Positions 1 to 10,117 of a stretch of DNA of 64,000 nucleotides are shown here, one piece after another. The notes beneath the pieces were generated by a model. It was not told the DNA's origin and searched no databases. It saw only the letters and a program-made list of their open reading frames with translations. Position 1 is the stretch's first letter, and each line of letters opens with the position of its first letter. The translations under genes and the position numbers were made by a program. This DNA is from Pelagomonas calceolata (taxonomy: Eukaryota): contig CAKKNE010000006.1 of the NCBI GenBank assembly GCA_918797485.1, positions 2,232,001-2,296,000 on the forward strand, written 5' to 3'.

Positions 1-1269
1 CGCGCGGAAGGCCTCTTCACCATTACCCGCGCCCCACTGTTTCGACGCATGCTCCAGTTGTTCAAGGCGCGCCTCGAGCTCGTGCTTCGCCTTGCGGCCC
101 ATCAGTATCTCCGTGATGGCGTCGTCGACGCTCGCACCGTCAGCTTTCGGCTGCGACGCTCGTCTTTTCACATCTTCAAGGTCGCTCGTCGACAGGCGCC
201 GTCGATCTGTCTTGGTGTTGCGCGGCGCGAGGCCCCTTCTCTGTGAAGGCGCGAAGACTACAGAAGGAGAGGCCTTCGCGTCGATCTTTGACGCAGGCGG
301 TTCCTCCACGGGAGACGCCTCCTTGGCCTCGGCCTCATCACTCACGTCGTCCTCGAAGTCGTCCTCGTACGCGAGTGACGCATTGTATACCCGGACGACG
401 CCGTCCCTGCGGCACGCTACTGTACAGTCGTCGCCGCATTTGAGAGCACAGACACCCGCCAAACCGCCCTCGATTTCTCGACTGATGGGTTTCACATTGG
501 CCACGTTCCACTGTCTCATCCCATTCTCGGCCGCCACGACGAGCGACCGCCCCGACGACGAGAACGCACATTCTCGCACCGCGTGCGCTTCGAGAGATGC
601 AGGATGCGTCGCTCCTAATTCTTTCCACTGCTCCAAGTCATACAATCTAGCGGTTCTGTCCGAGCAAGAAGCAGCCAGCACCAGTTCCGTAGGTGAAAAC
701 ACAAGAGTCTTCGCAAACACCGCTTGGGCTCGTCTCGAAGCCCCGAAGCCCTTGAGCAATTTCCCGGCAGTTAAATCCCACACTCTAATTTGACCATCAC
801 CTCGAGAGGCCGACGCGAGCCATCTGCCGTCCGGAGAGAAACACACGGCATCGACCTCGCCGCCGTGGCCCTTGTAGGTCTGCAGGCAAGCTTTTTTCCG
901 GGCGTCCCAGACTTTCACCGTCGAATCGGCCCCGCCAGTCGCCACGAATTCTCCGTACGGGTGAAAACGACAGCAATTCACTTGGTTCCGGTGGCCCGTC
1001 AACCCTCGCGAGGCCTTGCCTTCTCGTAAATCGTAGACTCGAGCCGAACCACCTTCGCAGCCGCTCAACACGTGGGTCTCGTCATGATCTAGGTCGAGGC
1101 AGGTGATCGACGACGTGCTGGCCGCGAAGGACTGGAGGTGCTCCGCGTCTTTTAGTCTCCAAACACAACAGCGCCGTTCCTGGCCGCCCGTCGCGATGAT
1201 GGACGAGCCGAGCGCGATGCAGTTGATGGGTGCCGGCGAGGCGACCCACTCTTGTTGGAGGGCGGCCAT
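1..1269 (-). CDS. KATNB1: Katanin p80 WD40 subunit B1-like (3' end runs off the window)
   Basis: Manual minus-strand translation from ATG 1269: MAALQQEW...RGLTGHRNQVNCCRFHPYGEFVATGGADSTVKVWDARKKACLQTYKGHGGEVDAVCFSPDGRWLASASRGDGQIRVWDLTAGKLL, matching the katanin p80 WD repeats. Absent from the ORF track, probably because its stop lies outside the window. Confidence 0.85.
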   Translation of the reverse strand, partial: MAALQQEWVASPAPINCIALGSSIIATGGQERRCCVWRLKDAEHLQSFAASTSSITCLDLDHDETHVLSGCEGGSARVYDLREGKASRGLTGHRNQVNCCRFHPYGEFVATGGADSTVKVWDARKKACLQTYKGHGGEVDAVCFSPDGRWLASASRGDGQIRVWDLTAGKLLKGFGASRRAQAVFAKTLVFSPTELVLAASCSDRTARLYDLEQWKELGATHPASLEAHAVRECAFSSSGRSLVVAAENGMRQWNVANVKPISREIEGGLAGVCALKCGDDCTVACRRDGVVRVYNASLAYEDDFEDDVSDEAEAKEASPVEEPPASKIDAKASPSVVFAPSQRRGLAPRNTKTDRRRLSTSDLEDVKRRASQPKADGASVDDAITEILMGRKAKHELEARLEQLEHASKQWGAGNGEEAFRA

Positions 1270-1484
1270 CTTTTGTTGTGGGGCTGCTTTGCTGCTCACG
1301 TTTCGTCGCGGGATCGACGCGTCGCGGGGCAGCCCCCCCAGGAATGGAGGCGTCGCCGCGCTGCACGATTTGAACAGCAGGTCGCGTGGGCCGGCGTTCG
1401 CAGGAATGCGAGGCGTGCGCGGCGCGGCGTGGGCTGCTGCTGGATTTGAATAGCCAGTGGGGTGCGGCTGCAAAACTGAAAAAT

Positions 1485-1506
1485 GCTAGTGTGTCTATGA
1501 ACTAGC
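1485..1506. promoter_or_regulatory. CTAG-pair upstream element (divergent copy)
   Basis: GCTAGTGTGTCTATGAACTAGC between divergent genes. Confidence 0.45.
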
Positions 1507-1713
1507 TCCAGCCTCCCCAATAGGCGTCCGCACGATCACATACGCGCAAACCTAGACATACTGTCCTTCGATCGACGTACCAGCCTCCGCGAAAGCCCTG
1601 CTTGTATACGTAGGCCGGGTTGCAGCTTTGGCCCAACCAGTACTCCAGAGCCAAAAGAGTCCCAGTCCATCCGCGGCGGGGATAAACGCTAGACATCGTA
1701 AAAAGACAGCAAA

Positions 1714-2664
1714 ATGGCCGCCCTGGCCGGCGCCTGGGCGCGCGAGGTCGCCGCCGACGCCTGGCCCGGCCCCGTCAACGAAGGCGCACCGAGAGCTACA
1801 CGATTGTTTGTGGCCGGCGGCGCTACCCACGCGGGCAAGTCGACCGTTTGTTTAGGCATCCTCCAAGCAGCTCTGGAAAAGTACGGCGCTTCCAATATAG
1901 CCTACGTCAAGGCCGCCACCCAAGATGAAAGAGAAGACACGGTGTCGCGGTGGTGCTCTACAAATAAAGTCGAGTATCGTTCGGGAAAGCATTGTCCTAT
2001 TGTGTACTACGCGGGCTTTACAAGAGCGTTCCTCGACGGCTCGGCGGGCACGTCGGCCCAGTGGTTGGATAGAGTCGCATCAGTAGTGGACGACCTCGCC
2101 CAGAACCGGAAATTCGTGCTGGTGGACGGCGTCGGCTTCCCGGCCGTCGGGAGCATCTGCGGCACGTCGAACGCGGATGTCGCCAAACGCCTCGAGGCGC
2201 CCGTTTTGTTAGTGGTGAAGGCGGGCGTCGGGGCTGCTATCGACGAGGCGAATTATGGCACGGCCTTCTTCGGGTCGCGGGACGTGCCCGTGCTAGGCGT
2301 CGTCTTGAACAGAAGCGCCTCTCAGGGCTTCTACGCTAGAGAGAAGATTCTCGCGCCCGTGCACGCGTACTTCGCCAAAACTAGATTGGGGCTGTACGGC
2401 GTCATTCCCGACGAGCCGTCGCTGACGAATCTGAGGAACGAGGCCGCGTCGTCGGACATCGACACGGCACCGGTTGCAACTCACGTGCGGAAGCACGTCG
2501 ATGTCGAGCAATTGATGTCAGACGCGGCGCGCGACCCCTGGAATTCTCGTAGAGCGCCGCCCTCCTCTACAGCAATGGACGCCATCGACGCCGACGATTT
2601 GCGGCTGCGCATCCAGCAGGCCGCGGCGCAGCTGGGGGCCGAGGTCGTCAAGGAGAAGTGCTGA
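1714..2664 (+). CDS. BioD/Pta N-terminal-like P-loop protein (AAA_26 family)
   Basis: LFVAGGATHAGKSTVCLG Walker A; VLVDGVG; NADVAKRLEAPVLLV; GVVLNR. Confidence 0.75.
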   Translation: MAALAGAWAREVAADAWPGPVNEGAPRATRLFVAGGATHAGKSTVCLGILQAALEKYGASNIAYVKAATQDEREDTVSRWCSTNKVEYRSGKHCPIVYYAGFTRAFLDGSAGTSAQWLDRVASVVDDLAQNRKFVLVDGVGFPAVGSICGTSNADVAKRLEAPVLLVVKAGVGAAIDEANYGTAFFGSRDVPVLGVVLNRSASQGFYAREKILAPVHAYFAKTRLGLYGVIPDEPSLTNLRNEAASSDIDTAPVATHVRKHVDVEQLMSDAARDPWNSRRAPPSSTAMDAIDADDLRLRIQQAAAQLGAEVVKEKC

Positions 2665-2761
2665 GGCGGCGGGTGAAGTCGTATTCCTCCCCCTTGCGTG
2701 ATTCGTGACGGCCCGTACCTACTCAGTAGTGGGGTGCGGGCCCGAGTAATTGCTCCATTTA

Positions 2762-3547
2762 CTACTTGCGGTCCATCGGGGCGACGGCGACGACTTCCGC
2801 GACGGCTTGCGGCGTTGCGGCGGCGCCGTAGGGCGGCGGAGCGACGGTCGTTCCGACCGGTTGCGCCGCTTGCGGCGGCGGCGGCGCGTAGCCTTGGACG
2901 ACGGCGCCCGTTGGGGCGGCGGCGTAAGGCGGCGGCTGCGTCACGTGGCCTTGCACGACGCCGCCCGCCGTTGGGGGATAGCTGGAGTTGTACGGCGACG
3001 GAGCAACGGTCGTCGGGACCGCCGGGCCCGGCGCAACTACCGTTCCGACCGCCGGGTTCGCCGCCGGGGAAACTATCGTTCCGACCGCCGGCCCTGCCGC
3101 TGGGACGGCTCCCGCCGTGACGACCACCGCTGGTGCGTTGGCTGGCGTGTAGGCGAGGAGTAAGCCGGGAAACTTCATGGCTCGACCCTTCAAGAGATTG
3201 ACCCACGGCTCGAGCGTGATCCCGAGCGGCGCGAAGGTTTGAGCGTGGCGCGTGCAGAGCTCCTGCATGGCCGTCCACCACTTGTTTCGCACCTCGCCGG
3301 GGCTGTCGAAGCACGGGCCAGAACACCCACATCCGCCGCACTGGGAGAGCGCGAGCGAGGGGAGTTTGTATAACTCTTGGCGGAAGGGCTCCCATTGCGA
3401 TTCTGTGACGCCTTGCGCGGTGAGCCCGGCCGTCAGTCCGCCGTTCGACGATATACGATTGAGTTGGTGCTTGTCGCTGCCGCCCATGAAGAAGAATTTC
3501 GTGCCCTCGGCGCTGTCCTCCGCCGGGATGTGGTGGGCGGCGGACAT
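2762..3547 (-). CDS. Hypothetical protein, possible Erf4/GOLGA7-like domain with Pro/Ala-rich tail; paralog of 3882..4868
   Basis: 261-aa ORF; N-terminal domain aligns by eye with the neighbouring gene; Cys cluster CGGCGC. Confidence 0.6.
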   Translation of the reverse strand: MSAAHHIPAEDSAEGTKFFFMGGSDKHQLNRISSNGGLTAGLTAQGVTESQWEPFRQELYKLPSLALSQCGGCGCSGPCFDSPGEVRNKWWTAMQELCTRHAQTFAPLGITLEPWVNLLKGRAMKFPGLLLAYTPANAPAVVVTAGAVPAAGPAVGTIVSPAANPAVGTVVAPGPAVPTTVAPSPYNSSYPPTAGGVVQGHVTQPPPYAAAPTGAVVQGYAPPPPQAAQPVGTTVAPPPYGAAATPQAVAEVVAVAPMDRK

Positions 3548-3881
3548 AGTCTGCCGTTCGACGCGCGAGTTAGTCTAGCGTTCGTGACCGCTTAATTATA
3601 CTCTCTCCGTTCGAGGACAGCACGACGTGGAGCAGTCTACTAATTCTTGAGCTGAGACAAAAGTATATAATTCTAGGCGGCTCGTAACCCGCAGTAAACG
3701 TTGGTAAGTGCACGTATTCGTCGTATTTACAGCAAGGTTTTCCGCGTGAAGAGGAGATATGGCGCGATCGTACGCGTACGTAAACATAAAAATAAGCTAT
3801 AAGGCTTGGCTTTTTTTTCGGGTTTTTCACGCTTTTTGCTGCAGCTGCGGCGTAATAGAGGAGGACAGACCGGGCGTTTTG

Positions 3882-4868
3882 ATGGCGAGTCGTCTGTTTG
3901 CGCCCGCCTCGTCGGAACGCGTCGACAACTCTGGCTCCCTAAGAGCCTCTGAGGTGAAGGAGCAAGACACTGCTGACAACGAGCCCAGCAGACGGAGGAG
4001 CAGCAGTCTCGTCGGCGATTTGGCCGCGTCTATACTAGGAGCAGACGTGCTCGCGGCCAGGAAGGCGCCGCCGTTCCCGGACGACGCCGAGGACGGCTCA
4101 GACGGTACTCGATACTTTTTTGCGGGCGGAGGCCGGAGCGCGCGTATCTCGTCGCATGGAACGCTGTCGCCGGCGCTCGCAGCCAAGGGCATACCGCCGC
4201 AGCAGTGGGCGGCGTTCCGCGAAGATCTAAAGAAATTGCCTTCGCTCAAGCGATCGATGTGGAGACCGTTGTGTCGGAGCTCCGCGCGAAAACAGGCGTG
4301 GCTCGACGCCGTCGAAGCGCTCGGTGACAAATATATCGCTCTCTTCGCGCCGCTTGGGATCGAGGTCCGCGCGTCCCTCGACGACAGAGCATCGACGCGA
4401 CATCGCGGCCCGGCTATTTTGTTCCGTTATACGCCGGCGGTCGTCGAGCCGGGGGCGACAACTACAATCCCAGTTCCGCCAGGGACGCGCGGCGGCGACG
4501 TGATTCATGCACGCGTGGACGGCCGTGAGATATCGGTCACCGTCCCCTCGCCGCCGCCGATGAAAATAGACGTCGCCGTGCCGCCTCCCTCGGCTCCTCA
4601 AGTCGGCGCATCGTACCAGCCGCTACAGGCACCGTACGTGCCGAAAGCGCCGTACCATCAGCAGGCACCGCCTCCCGCAATGGCCACGGAGTTAAAAGCA
4701 TCTGAGGCCGTTCCCGTCGGCCCGCCGTCGGCGCGCAATCAACGCGCACGCCACCGCGTCGACGACGTCAACGATCTCGAAGCGCCCGGGCGGCCGCCCA
4801 CCCCGCCGTGGCGGGCACGAGCGCCGGCGCGGAACATGTCGGTCGCGGGCGTGAGCGGTATAAATTAG
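3882..4868 (+). CDS. Hypothetical protein, paralog of 2762..3547
   Basis: EDGSDGTRYFFAGG...RISSHGTLSPALAAKGIPPQQWAAFREDLKKLPSL resembles EDSAEGTKFFFMGG...RISSNGGLTAGLTAQGVTESQWEPFRQELYKLPSL; first ATG at 3882. Confidence 0.6.
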   Translation: MASRLFAPASSERVDNSGSLRASEVKEQDTADNEPSRRRSSSLVGDLAASILGADVLAARKAPPFPDDAEDGSDGTRYFFAGGGRSARISSHGTLSPALAAKGIPPQQWAAFREDLKKLPSLKRSMWRPLCRSSARKQAWLDAVEALGDKYIALFAPLGIEVRASLDDRASTRHRGPAILFRYTPAVVEPGATTTIPVPPGTRGGDVIHARVDGREISVTVPSPPPMKIDVAVPPPSAPQVGASYQPLQAPYVPKAPYHQQAPPPAMATELKASEAVPVGPPSARNQRARHRVDDVNDLEAPGRPPTPPWRARAPARNMSVAGVSGIN

Positions 4869-4929
4869 GTATTGTTATACCGAATGAATCCGGAAACAAG
4901 ACGCTGTTTTTTCCCGCCAGCCGTCGGCT

Positions 4930-4953
4930 GCTAGCGGCCTGTAAGACACTAGG
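4930..4953. promoter_or_regulatory. CTAG-pair upstream element
   Basis: GCTAGCGGCCTGTAAGACACTAGG, ~250 bp upstream of ATG 5204. Confidence 0.65.
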
Positions 4954-5203
4954 GATGCCTAGGGAGCACAACAAGCCAAGCTCCAGGCCCTGCACTGTGT
5001 TACGGCACAGCTAATCGTACAGCAACATTGTGTTTCAACGTTCTCTGGTGAGGCAACATCGCCGCCAGCACGCGTAAACGTGTGCCTGTCCCTGTACGGC
5101 TATCTAAGTGGGTCTCTCTGCAGTGCCTGAGAGCTCATCTCTGCAGGCGTCGCACCGGGACGCGCACGAGTTTCCTCCGAAAGAGAACAGACCAGCAGAT
5201 TAG

Positions 5204-6184
5204 ATGCAAGACGAGAACGCACCGCGCGACGCAACCCTACCGTTGCGATTGGCAGTCGTCCTGCTCATTGCATGCACTCAAGTCGGCGCCACGCAGCTCA
5301 CCAGCAGAGTCCAGCGTGGCTTAAACGCACCGTTCGCGATCACCTGGTGCCACGCATGCTTGCAAGTTCTCTGCTGGCCGGCCGGCAACGTTAGGAGGAC
5401 GCCTACGACGGACGCTCTTAACAGAAGCGACCTCGCGATCTTCCCGTTGCTCTTCTTGGGTGCGAATTACGCATATGTCCGAGCGCTCGCTCTGGCGTCG
5501 CCTGCCATCGTGCAGTGCGTCTTCGGCGCCGCACCTGCCGTTGTCTGCGTGCTGTCGAGGCTGTGGCTGAGAGAACCGTTCACGCGACGGCGAGCTCTCG
5601 CCGTCGGCGCCGCGTTATGTGGCGTCGCGCTCGTCGCGGCTCCTTCTGGCTCGGGCAGTCATCATCTGACGATCGGCGCCGTCATCGCGCTCTGCGCGGT
5701 GCTCTGCGCCGCCACGTACAAAGTGCGGTGGAAGCGGCGCTTCGGCGCGCCACCGTCCGATTTTGTTTTGCGAGCCGTCGGGCTCGTCGGCGGCGCTGTG
5801 GCGATATGTAGCTTGCCGATAGCGGTGGCGCTCGCCGCCACCGGCGCCGAGACGCCGCCGGGGCGGTGGACGGCCCACGATACGTTGATCGTGCTCGGCG
5901 GCGGCGTCATCGACGTATTATACAACTGCTCCATCGCGCTCGGGCTGTCGGTTGCGTCGCCCGTATTTGTCGCGACGGGAACAATCCTGGCAATTCCTGG
6001 CAACGCCGTCGTCGACGCGATCCTGGACCGCGAGCGGCTCGGCCCGCTACAGCTGCTCGGAGCGGTCGCGGTAATTGTAGCGTTCGCGGCGCTGGCGTCC
6101 GAGCGGCCGACGACGACGCCAGACGAAGAAACCGACGTGGCAAATCCGCTCGTCGACGACGAGGACGGGGAAACTGTGGTGTAA
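5204..6184 (+). CDS. DMT/EamA superfamily transporter (SLC35F-like)
   Basis: About 10 hydrophobic helices; APFAITW, ANYAYVRAL, LSRLWLREPF, SPVFVATGTILAIP motifs. Confidence 0.8.
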   Translation: MQDENAPRDATLPLRLAVVLLIACTQVGATQLTSRVQRGLNAPFAITWCHACLQVLCWPAGNVRRTPTTDALNRSDLAIFPLLFLGANYAYVRALALASPAIVQCVFGAAPAVVCVLSRLWLREPFTRRRALAVGAALCGVALVAAPSGSGSHHLTIGAVIALCAVLCAATYKVRWKRRFGAPPSDFVLRAVGLVGGAVAICSLPIAVALAATGAETPPGRWTAHDTLIVLGGGVIDVLYNCSIALGLSVASPVFVATGTILAIPGNAVVDAILDRERLGPLQLLGAVAVIVAFAALASERPTTTPDEETDVANPLVDDEDGETVV

Positions 6185-6209
6185 ATTATCTGTAAAAAAT
6201 ACAACATGA

Positions 6210-7016
6210 TTATGATACCCGCTGCCGCGCCAGAAACTCGCGCGCCGCGCGGGGCAGCGCGTCGTCCGCGAGCTCCGCCTCGAGGTCGACCGCGCTCCAG
6301 GCGTCCGCGAAGCGCCGCGACAGGAACGACGCGCCCGAGTCGGGCGACGCGCGCGCGTCGAGGCCCACGTCTGGGATGCGTATCGCGGCGGCGTGCAGGT
6401 AGAGCCTATCTGCTTTTCCGCCGCCGTAGAGGCCGTCGCCGAGAAGCGGCGCGCCAATGCTCTTCGCGGCGACGCGTATCTGGTGCGTCTTACCGGTCAG
6501 TGGTCTCGCGACGAGAAGTCGAGCGGCCGGATCCTCGCCGGGCCCTAGGCCGATCGACCGCGAGAGCCAGGTGCAAGCCGGGTTCGCGCTGTCCCGCGTC
6601 AGCCGCCACTGACTTCGCCGCGAGCGGACCATGTCTCCGACGATGACGCCCTTCTTCTTCGACGGCCTCGAAGCTGTCAGCCCCACGTAGACCTTGGCCA
6701 CGCGTTTCGCCGCGAACGCGTCGCCGATGGCCGCGGCGGCCCGCCGGCCCTTGGCGAGGACGAGGCAGCCGGACGTGCCGTCGTCTAGGCGGTGGCAGAG
6801 TTTCAAGTCCGTGCCGCCCACGAGCTCCAATATACCGGGCCGGTCGTCGCGTCGGTGACAGGGCACGCCGGCCGGTTTGTGGACGACGAGGTACTCAGGA
6901 CCTTCCGCAATAACTGAGATCGTCGGCGTTGACGCCGTCAGCGCCGACGCGCGGGCCACGCAGGCGAGCAGCGTCATAAGTGTCCGCGCGCCGCATCGCT
7001 GACGAATTCCTGCCAT
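6210..7016 (-). CDS. RluA-family RNA pseudouridine synthase, organelle-targeted
   Basis: VVHKPAG, HRLDDGTSGCLVLAK, PLTGKTHQIRV, GAPLLGDGLYG, LYLHA; start uncertain (7016 or 6977). Confidence 0.9.
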   Translation of the reverse strand: MAGIRQRCGARTLMTLLACVARASALTASTPTISVIAEGPEYLVVHKPAGVPCHRRDDRPGILELVGGTDLKLCHRLDDGTSGCLVLAKGRRAAAAIGDAFAAKRVAKVYVGLTASRPSKKKGVIVGDMVRSRRSQWRLTRDSANPACTWLSRSIGLGPGEDPAARLLVARPLTGKTHQIRVAAKSIGAPLLGDGLYGGGKADRLYLHAAAIRIPDVGLDARASPDSGASFLSRRFADAWSAVDLEAELADDALPRAAREFLARQRVS

Positions 7017-7184
7017 GCGTACTGCAGGTCTTGCAGGTGGAGGAGGCTCACGTCGAGTGCGGCGGCGGAACGTCCATATGAGTGCTGCAGCGGTGCAGCC
7101 TCGATCTATGTGATCAAAATCGATGCCCAATCTGCATCTCTACCTGCAAATCGACCCCCTGCTATTCTACGGCTGTGAGCGCTA

Positions 7185-7208
7185 GCTAGCGGTCCGTAAC
7201 ACACTAGC
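7185..7208. promoter_or_regulatory. CTAG-pair upstream element
   Basis: GCTAGCGGTCCGTAACACACTAGC between divergent genes. Confidence 0.6.
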
Positions 7209-7388
7209 AATCATACGCTGGAGTGCATATGCGCCTCTGGCGACGAGGTGCGCCTGAGACGAGTCCGGGCGTCTTATTGCATCGCCAGAGACTGCAAGAA
7301 CCACCCCTCGTTCCAAGCGCGCCGTAAAACTTGCATAACTTTGGGCTGAGTCGGTTTCACCTTTTTTTGCGTACGTCTAAGGAAGACG

Positions 7389-7845
7389 ATGCGCCTCGCT
7401 CTCGTGATATGCATCCTCCACGCCGCCGCCGCCAAGCAGGCGGACACGCTACTATTGAGAGAGGACCAGTGCGACGACGCGTTATTCGTCGCCCACTGGA
7501 CGCACGTGCCCAAGGCCGGCGGGACCGCATTAGCGGGTTTGGCGCGGCGCATCGCCTGCGCGAAGAACCCCCAGATCAAGCACCTGAACCCCTGCTGCAT
7601 CCAGGACTTTTGCGCTGACCACCGGACCTGCGAGGCGACGGCGACGACGTGCCCCCTCATCAAACTTGTGCGGGGCGCTCGACTTTTCCAGGGTCGACGA
7701 CGTCTGCGGGCGGTTGGAAACAAGGGAGGTGCTGCTGAAGAAGGCGGCGCACGACGCGCGGTGCGCGCACCGAGGACCTGGAGCTGTGCCCCGGATCGCG
7801 GACAGAGGAGGGTTGTTTTCGCAGCTGTGAGAAGCTTAACACTTA
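7389..7845 (+). pseudogene. Secreted sulfotransferase-like fragment, apparently truncated or frameshifted
   Basis: Signal peptide MRLALVICILHAAAA and HWTHVPKAGGT (5'-PSB-like loop); protein-like sequence shifts frame after ~7670. Confidence 0.4.
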
Positions 7846-7848
7846 ACA

Positions 7849-8352
7849 TTAGTGGTACTCCGCGCACCAGTCACAAAACGGCGGCGCCCCGGGCACGTCG
7901 TGGCACGCGCACGAGCATCCCCCATCATACTTCGAGGACCCGACCCAGCACGCGTCGTCGTTCAAGTCGACGGCCTTGCCGCCGCCGCCGTCGGCGTCAC
8001 CGTCGGCGACGCGCAGCGCGTGCGCGTCGGCGTCGAACGCACCGGCCTCGCACGCGTCTAGGAAGGGCGCCGCGTCGACAATTGCGACCCCTAGTTTCGC
8101 CGCCTTGCGCACGCGCTGCGTCCTGCGTTCGACGGCGCCGGCGCTCGCCAGCAAGACGTGGACGTTGCGATGGACGGTAGCGCTGTAGGTGCCGCCCAAC
8201 GCTTCGGCGCGCGACCGCACGCTCGCGAAGGAGCCCGTCGCGTCGTCGTCGCCGCGGGCCGCGTCGACACTGATGCTGAACGTACCGATGGCCGAGTCCT
8301 TCGTTTCTTTTTTGCGTCGGCGTCGCCGTTTCTTGGGCCGTGGTTGCTCCAT
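7849..8352 (-). CDS. BRCT-domain small protein
   Basis: AEALGGTYSATVHRNVHVLLAS...TQRVRKAAKLGVAIVDAAPFLDAC; basic NLS; C-terminal Cys cluster. Confidence 0.7.
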   Translation of the reverse strand: MEQPRPKKRRRRRKKETKDSAIGTFSISVDAARGDDDATGSFASVRSRAEALGGTYSATVHRNVHVLLASAGAVERRTQRVRKAAKLGVAIVDAAPFLDACEAGAFDADAHALRVADGDADGGGGKAVDLNDDACWVGSSKYDGGCSCACHDVPGAPPFCDWCAEYH

Positions 8353-8518
8353 CTTCACAGAGAGCACTTATGAGCAGAGAGCGAGGGCAAGCCGAACGGA
8401 TGGGTTGAGTGCTAGCGCGCAGCGTAAATTGGCATGCAGCCGCAAACAGTGATTAGAGTTGCGCCTGCACGCCCTCTCGTACGGCGCTGCTTGCAGGCCT
8501 TGCTTGTGGTTGCAGCGT

Positions 8519-8540
8519 GCTAGTGTCTTGCGACGCTAGC
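8519..8540. promoter_or_regulatory. CTAG-pair upstream element
   Basis: GCTAGTGTCTTGCGACGCTAGC upstream of the BRCT gene. Confidence 0.55.
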
Positions 8541-8579
8541 TCCCTGCATAGGATCCCGTGATTAGTAGCCTCCTGTGAT

Positions 8580-9130
8580 CACCGAAGGCCGATTCTAGGT
8601 CCTTCAGAGACGGATGAAACGCGCATTCATCCTAGAGGTGTATACAGAAGGTTATGTGGCTGCCCGAGCTCGGGCCACGAGAAGCCGATTCTGGAGCTCG
8701 GTCAAGTCGGTCGATTCAAATATAAACCATCGTGCTAAGGTCCCTGGTGATTGGACCGTCGCTGATAGTCTCTGGGTTATCCTATTTGCCCGTCTTTACT
8801 GATCGTTGCGGGGCGGCGTGCTGGGGACCGCAGCTAACGATTCTGTAAAGACGGACAAATAATTAGACCTCGAGATACCACGCGACGCCACCATCCAGGG
8901 GGACCATAGAACTGTTGTTATATTCGCGATCGACTCACTTACGAGTTGTCCAGAGTCGGCCGTGGGTAGACGGAGCACAGAAAGGCCCCCAGACTCGTGG
9001 AGAGTCATGAATAAATTTGCGTTTGCGTCGCAACGGTCCTAGATGTAGAATGGTCCATCCAATCGAGATGAACGAACTCTCTCTACATAGGATTCCCTGT
9101 TTCGTAAGCCGCGATCATGCAAATACGGGC
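8580..9130. repeat. Dispersed AT-richer repeat, homologous to 25720..26420 (possible degraded TE)
   Basis: GCGACGCCACCATCCAG, TGTT.TATTC..ATCGAC, CGGAGCAC.GAAAGGCCCC.GAC and AATAAATTTGCGTTT are shared, in order, with 26061-26200. Confidence 0.65.
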
Positions 9131-9259
9131 AAATGACCCGGAGTTGCGACTATTTATTCCTTTCCCGCTCCTGTGCCCCGCGCAGCGGATGGTGTCTGCT
9201 TGGCGCACGTACAGTGTTTGCTTCCGCATACATCGTAGCGATTGACTAGTCTAGCGTGC

Positions 9260-10117
9260 ATGTCGTCGTCGGTCGGTGCCGAGGCCGCGGGCGCCGCGCC
9301 GCCGCCGTCGCCGCCGCCCGCGCCGCGCGCGCCGCCGCCGCGCATGGCGACGCCGCCCCCGTCCGCGCCGCTCGAGGAGAAGCCGTGCGCGTCGTCGTCG
9401 CCGCCGCCGCCCGTGACGACGCCGCCCGTGCGGTGCGAGGAGCCGGCGCCCGCGCCGTGCAAGGCGCCCGCCCAGGAAGACGCGTCGCCGGCCGCGGTCG
9501 TGCAGGAGAAGCCCGCGGTGCGCGTACCGGCCCGCTCCTTCGTCGCGCAGTGCGTGGAGAAGATCGAGGGGGGCGCCGCGGGCATCGACAAGGAGGAGAC
9601 GGGTGCCGCGCGCGCCGCCGCCGCGCGCGAGGCGCGGGCCGCCGAGCGCGCCGCCGCGGAGGCCAAGCTCAAGGAGGAGGCCGCCGCGCGCGAGGAGGAG
9701 CAGGCCGCCGCGCTCGCCGCCGCGGAGGCCAAGCTCAAGAACGAGGAAGACGCCGCGGCCGCGGCCGCGGCCGCGAAGTCCAGCAAGAAGACCCTGTCCA
9801 AGGCTCCGGCGGCTGACGCTAACTCGCCGCCGACGACGCCGCTGCGCACCCCCAAGGGCCGCTCTCCTTCGGGCCGCTCTACTTCATCATTGTCGTCCGT
9901 CCTCTCGAAGCTGTCGGATTTAACGAAGCGCAAGAACATGCCTTTCCGTACTAGATATCGCCGCGAGAAGTCGCTGTACGGGACGAACGCGTCGGATTAT
10001 GGCACCGAGCGGGCCCTCCGGGCCCGCCGCGGCAGCGGCCATGTGGCTCCGGGACGCTTCGCCAAGGTCCGGGCCAGGATTGCGCGGTTGACCGGCCGCG
10101 CGGCGCCGTCGAGCTAG
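9260..10117 (+). CDS. Hypothetical Pro/Ala/Glu-rich low-complexity protein
   Basis: Open ORF with high GC3; repeated AAEAKLK. Confidence 0.5.
   Translation: MSSSVGAEAAGAAPPPSPPPAPRAPPPRMATPPPSAPLEEKPCASSSPPPPVTTPPVRCEEPAPAPCKAPAQEDASPAAVVQEKPAVRVPARSFVAQCVEKIEGGAAGIDKEETGAARAAAAREARAAERAAAEAKLKEEAAAREEEQAAALAAAEAKLKNEEDAAAAAAAAKSSKKTLSKAPAADANSPPTTPLRTPKGRSPSGRSTSSLSSVLSKLSDLTKRKNMPFRTRYRREKSLYGTNASDYGTERALRARRGSGHVAPGRFAKVRARIARLTGRAAPSS

Noticed and set aside
92..793. 233-aa plus-strand ORF
   Set aside because: Antisense shadow of the katanin p80 gene on the minus strand. Most other overlapping ORFs in the track are similar GC-rich shadows.
3597..3760. TACTCTCTCCGTTC resembling a Stowaway MITE end
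   Set aside because: No matching inverted terminus was found nearby.
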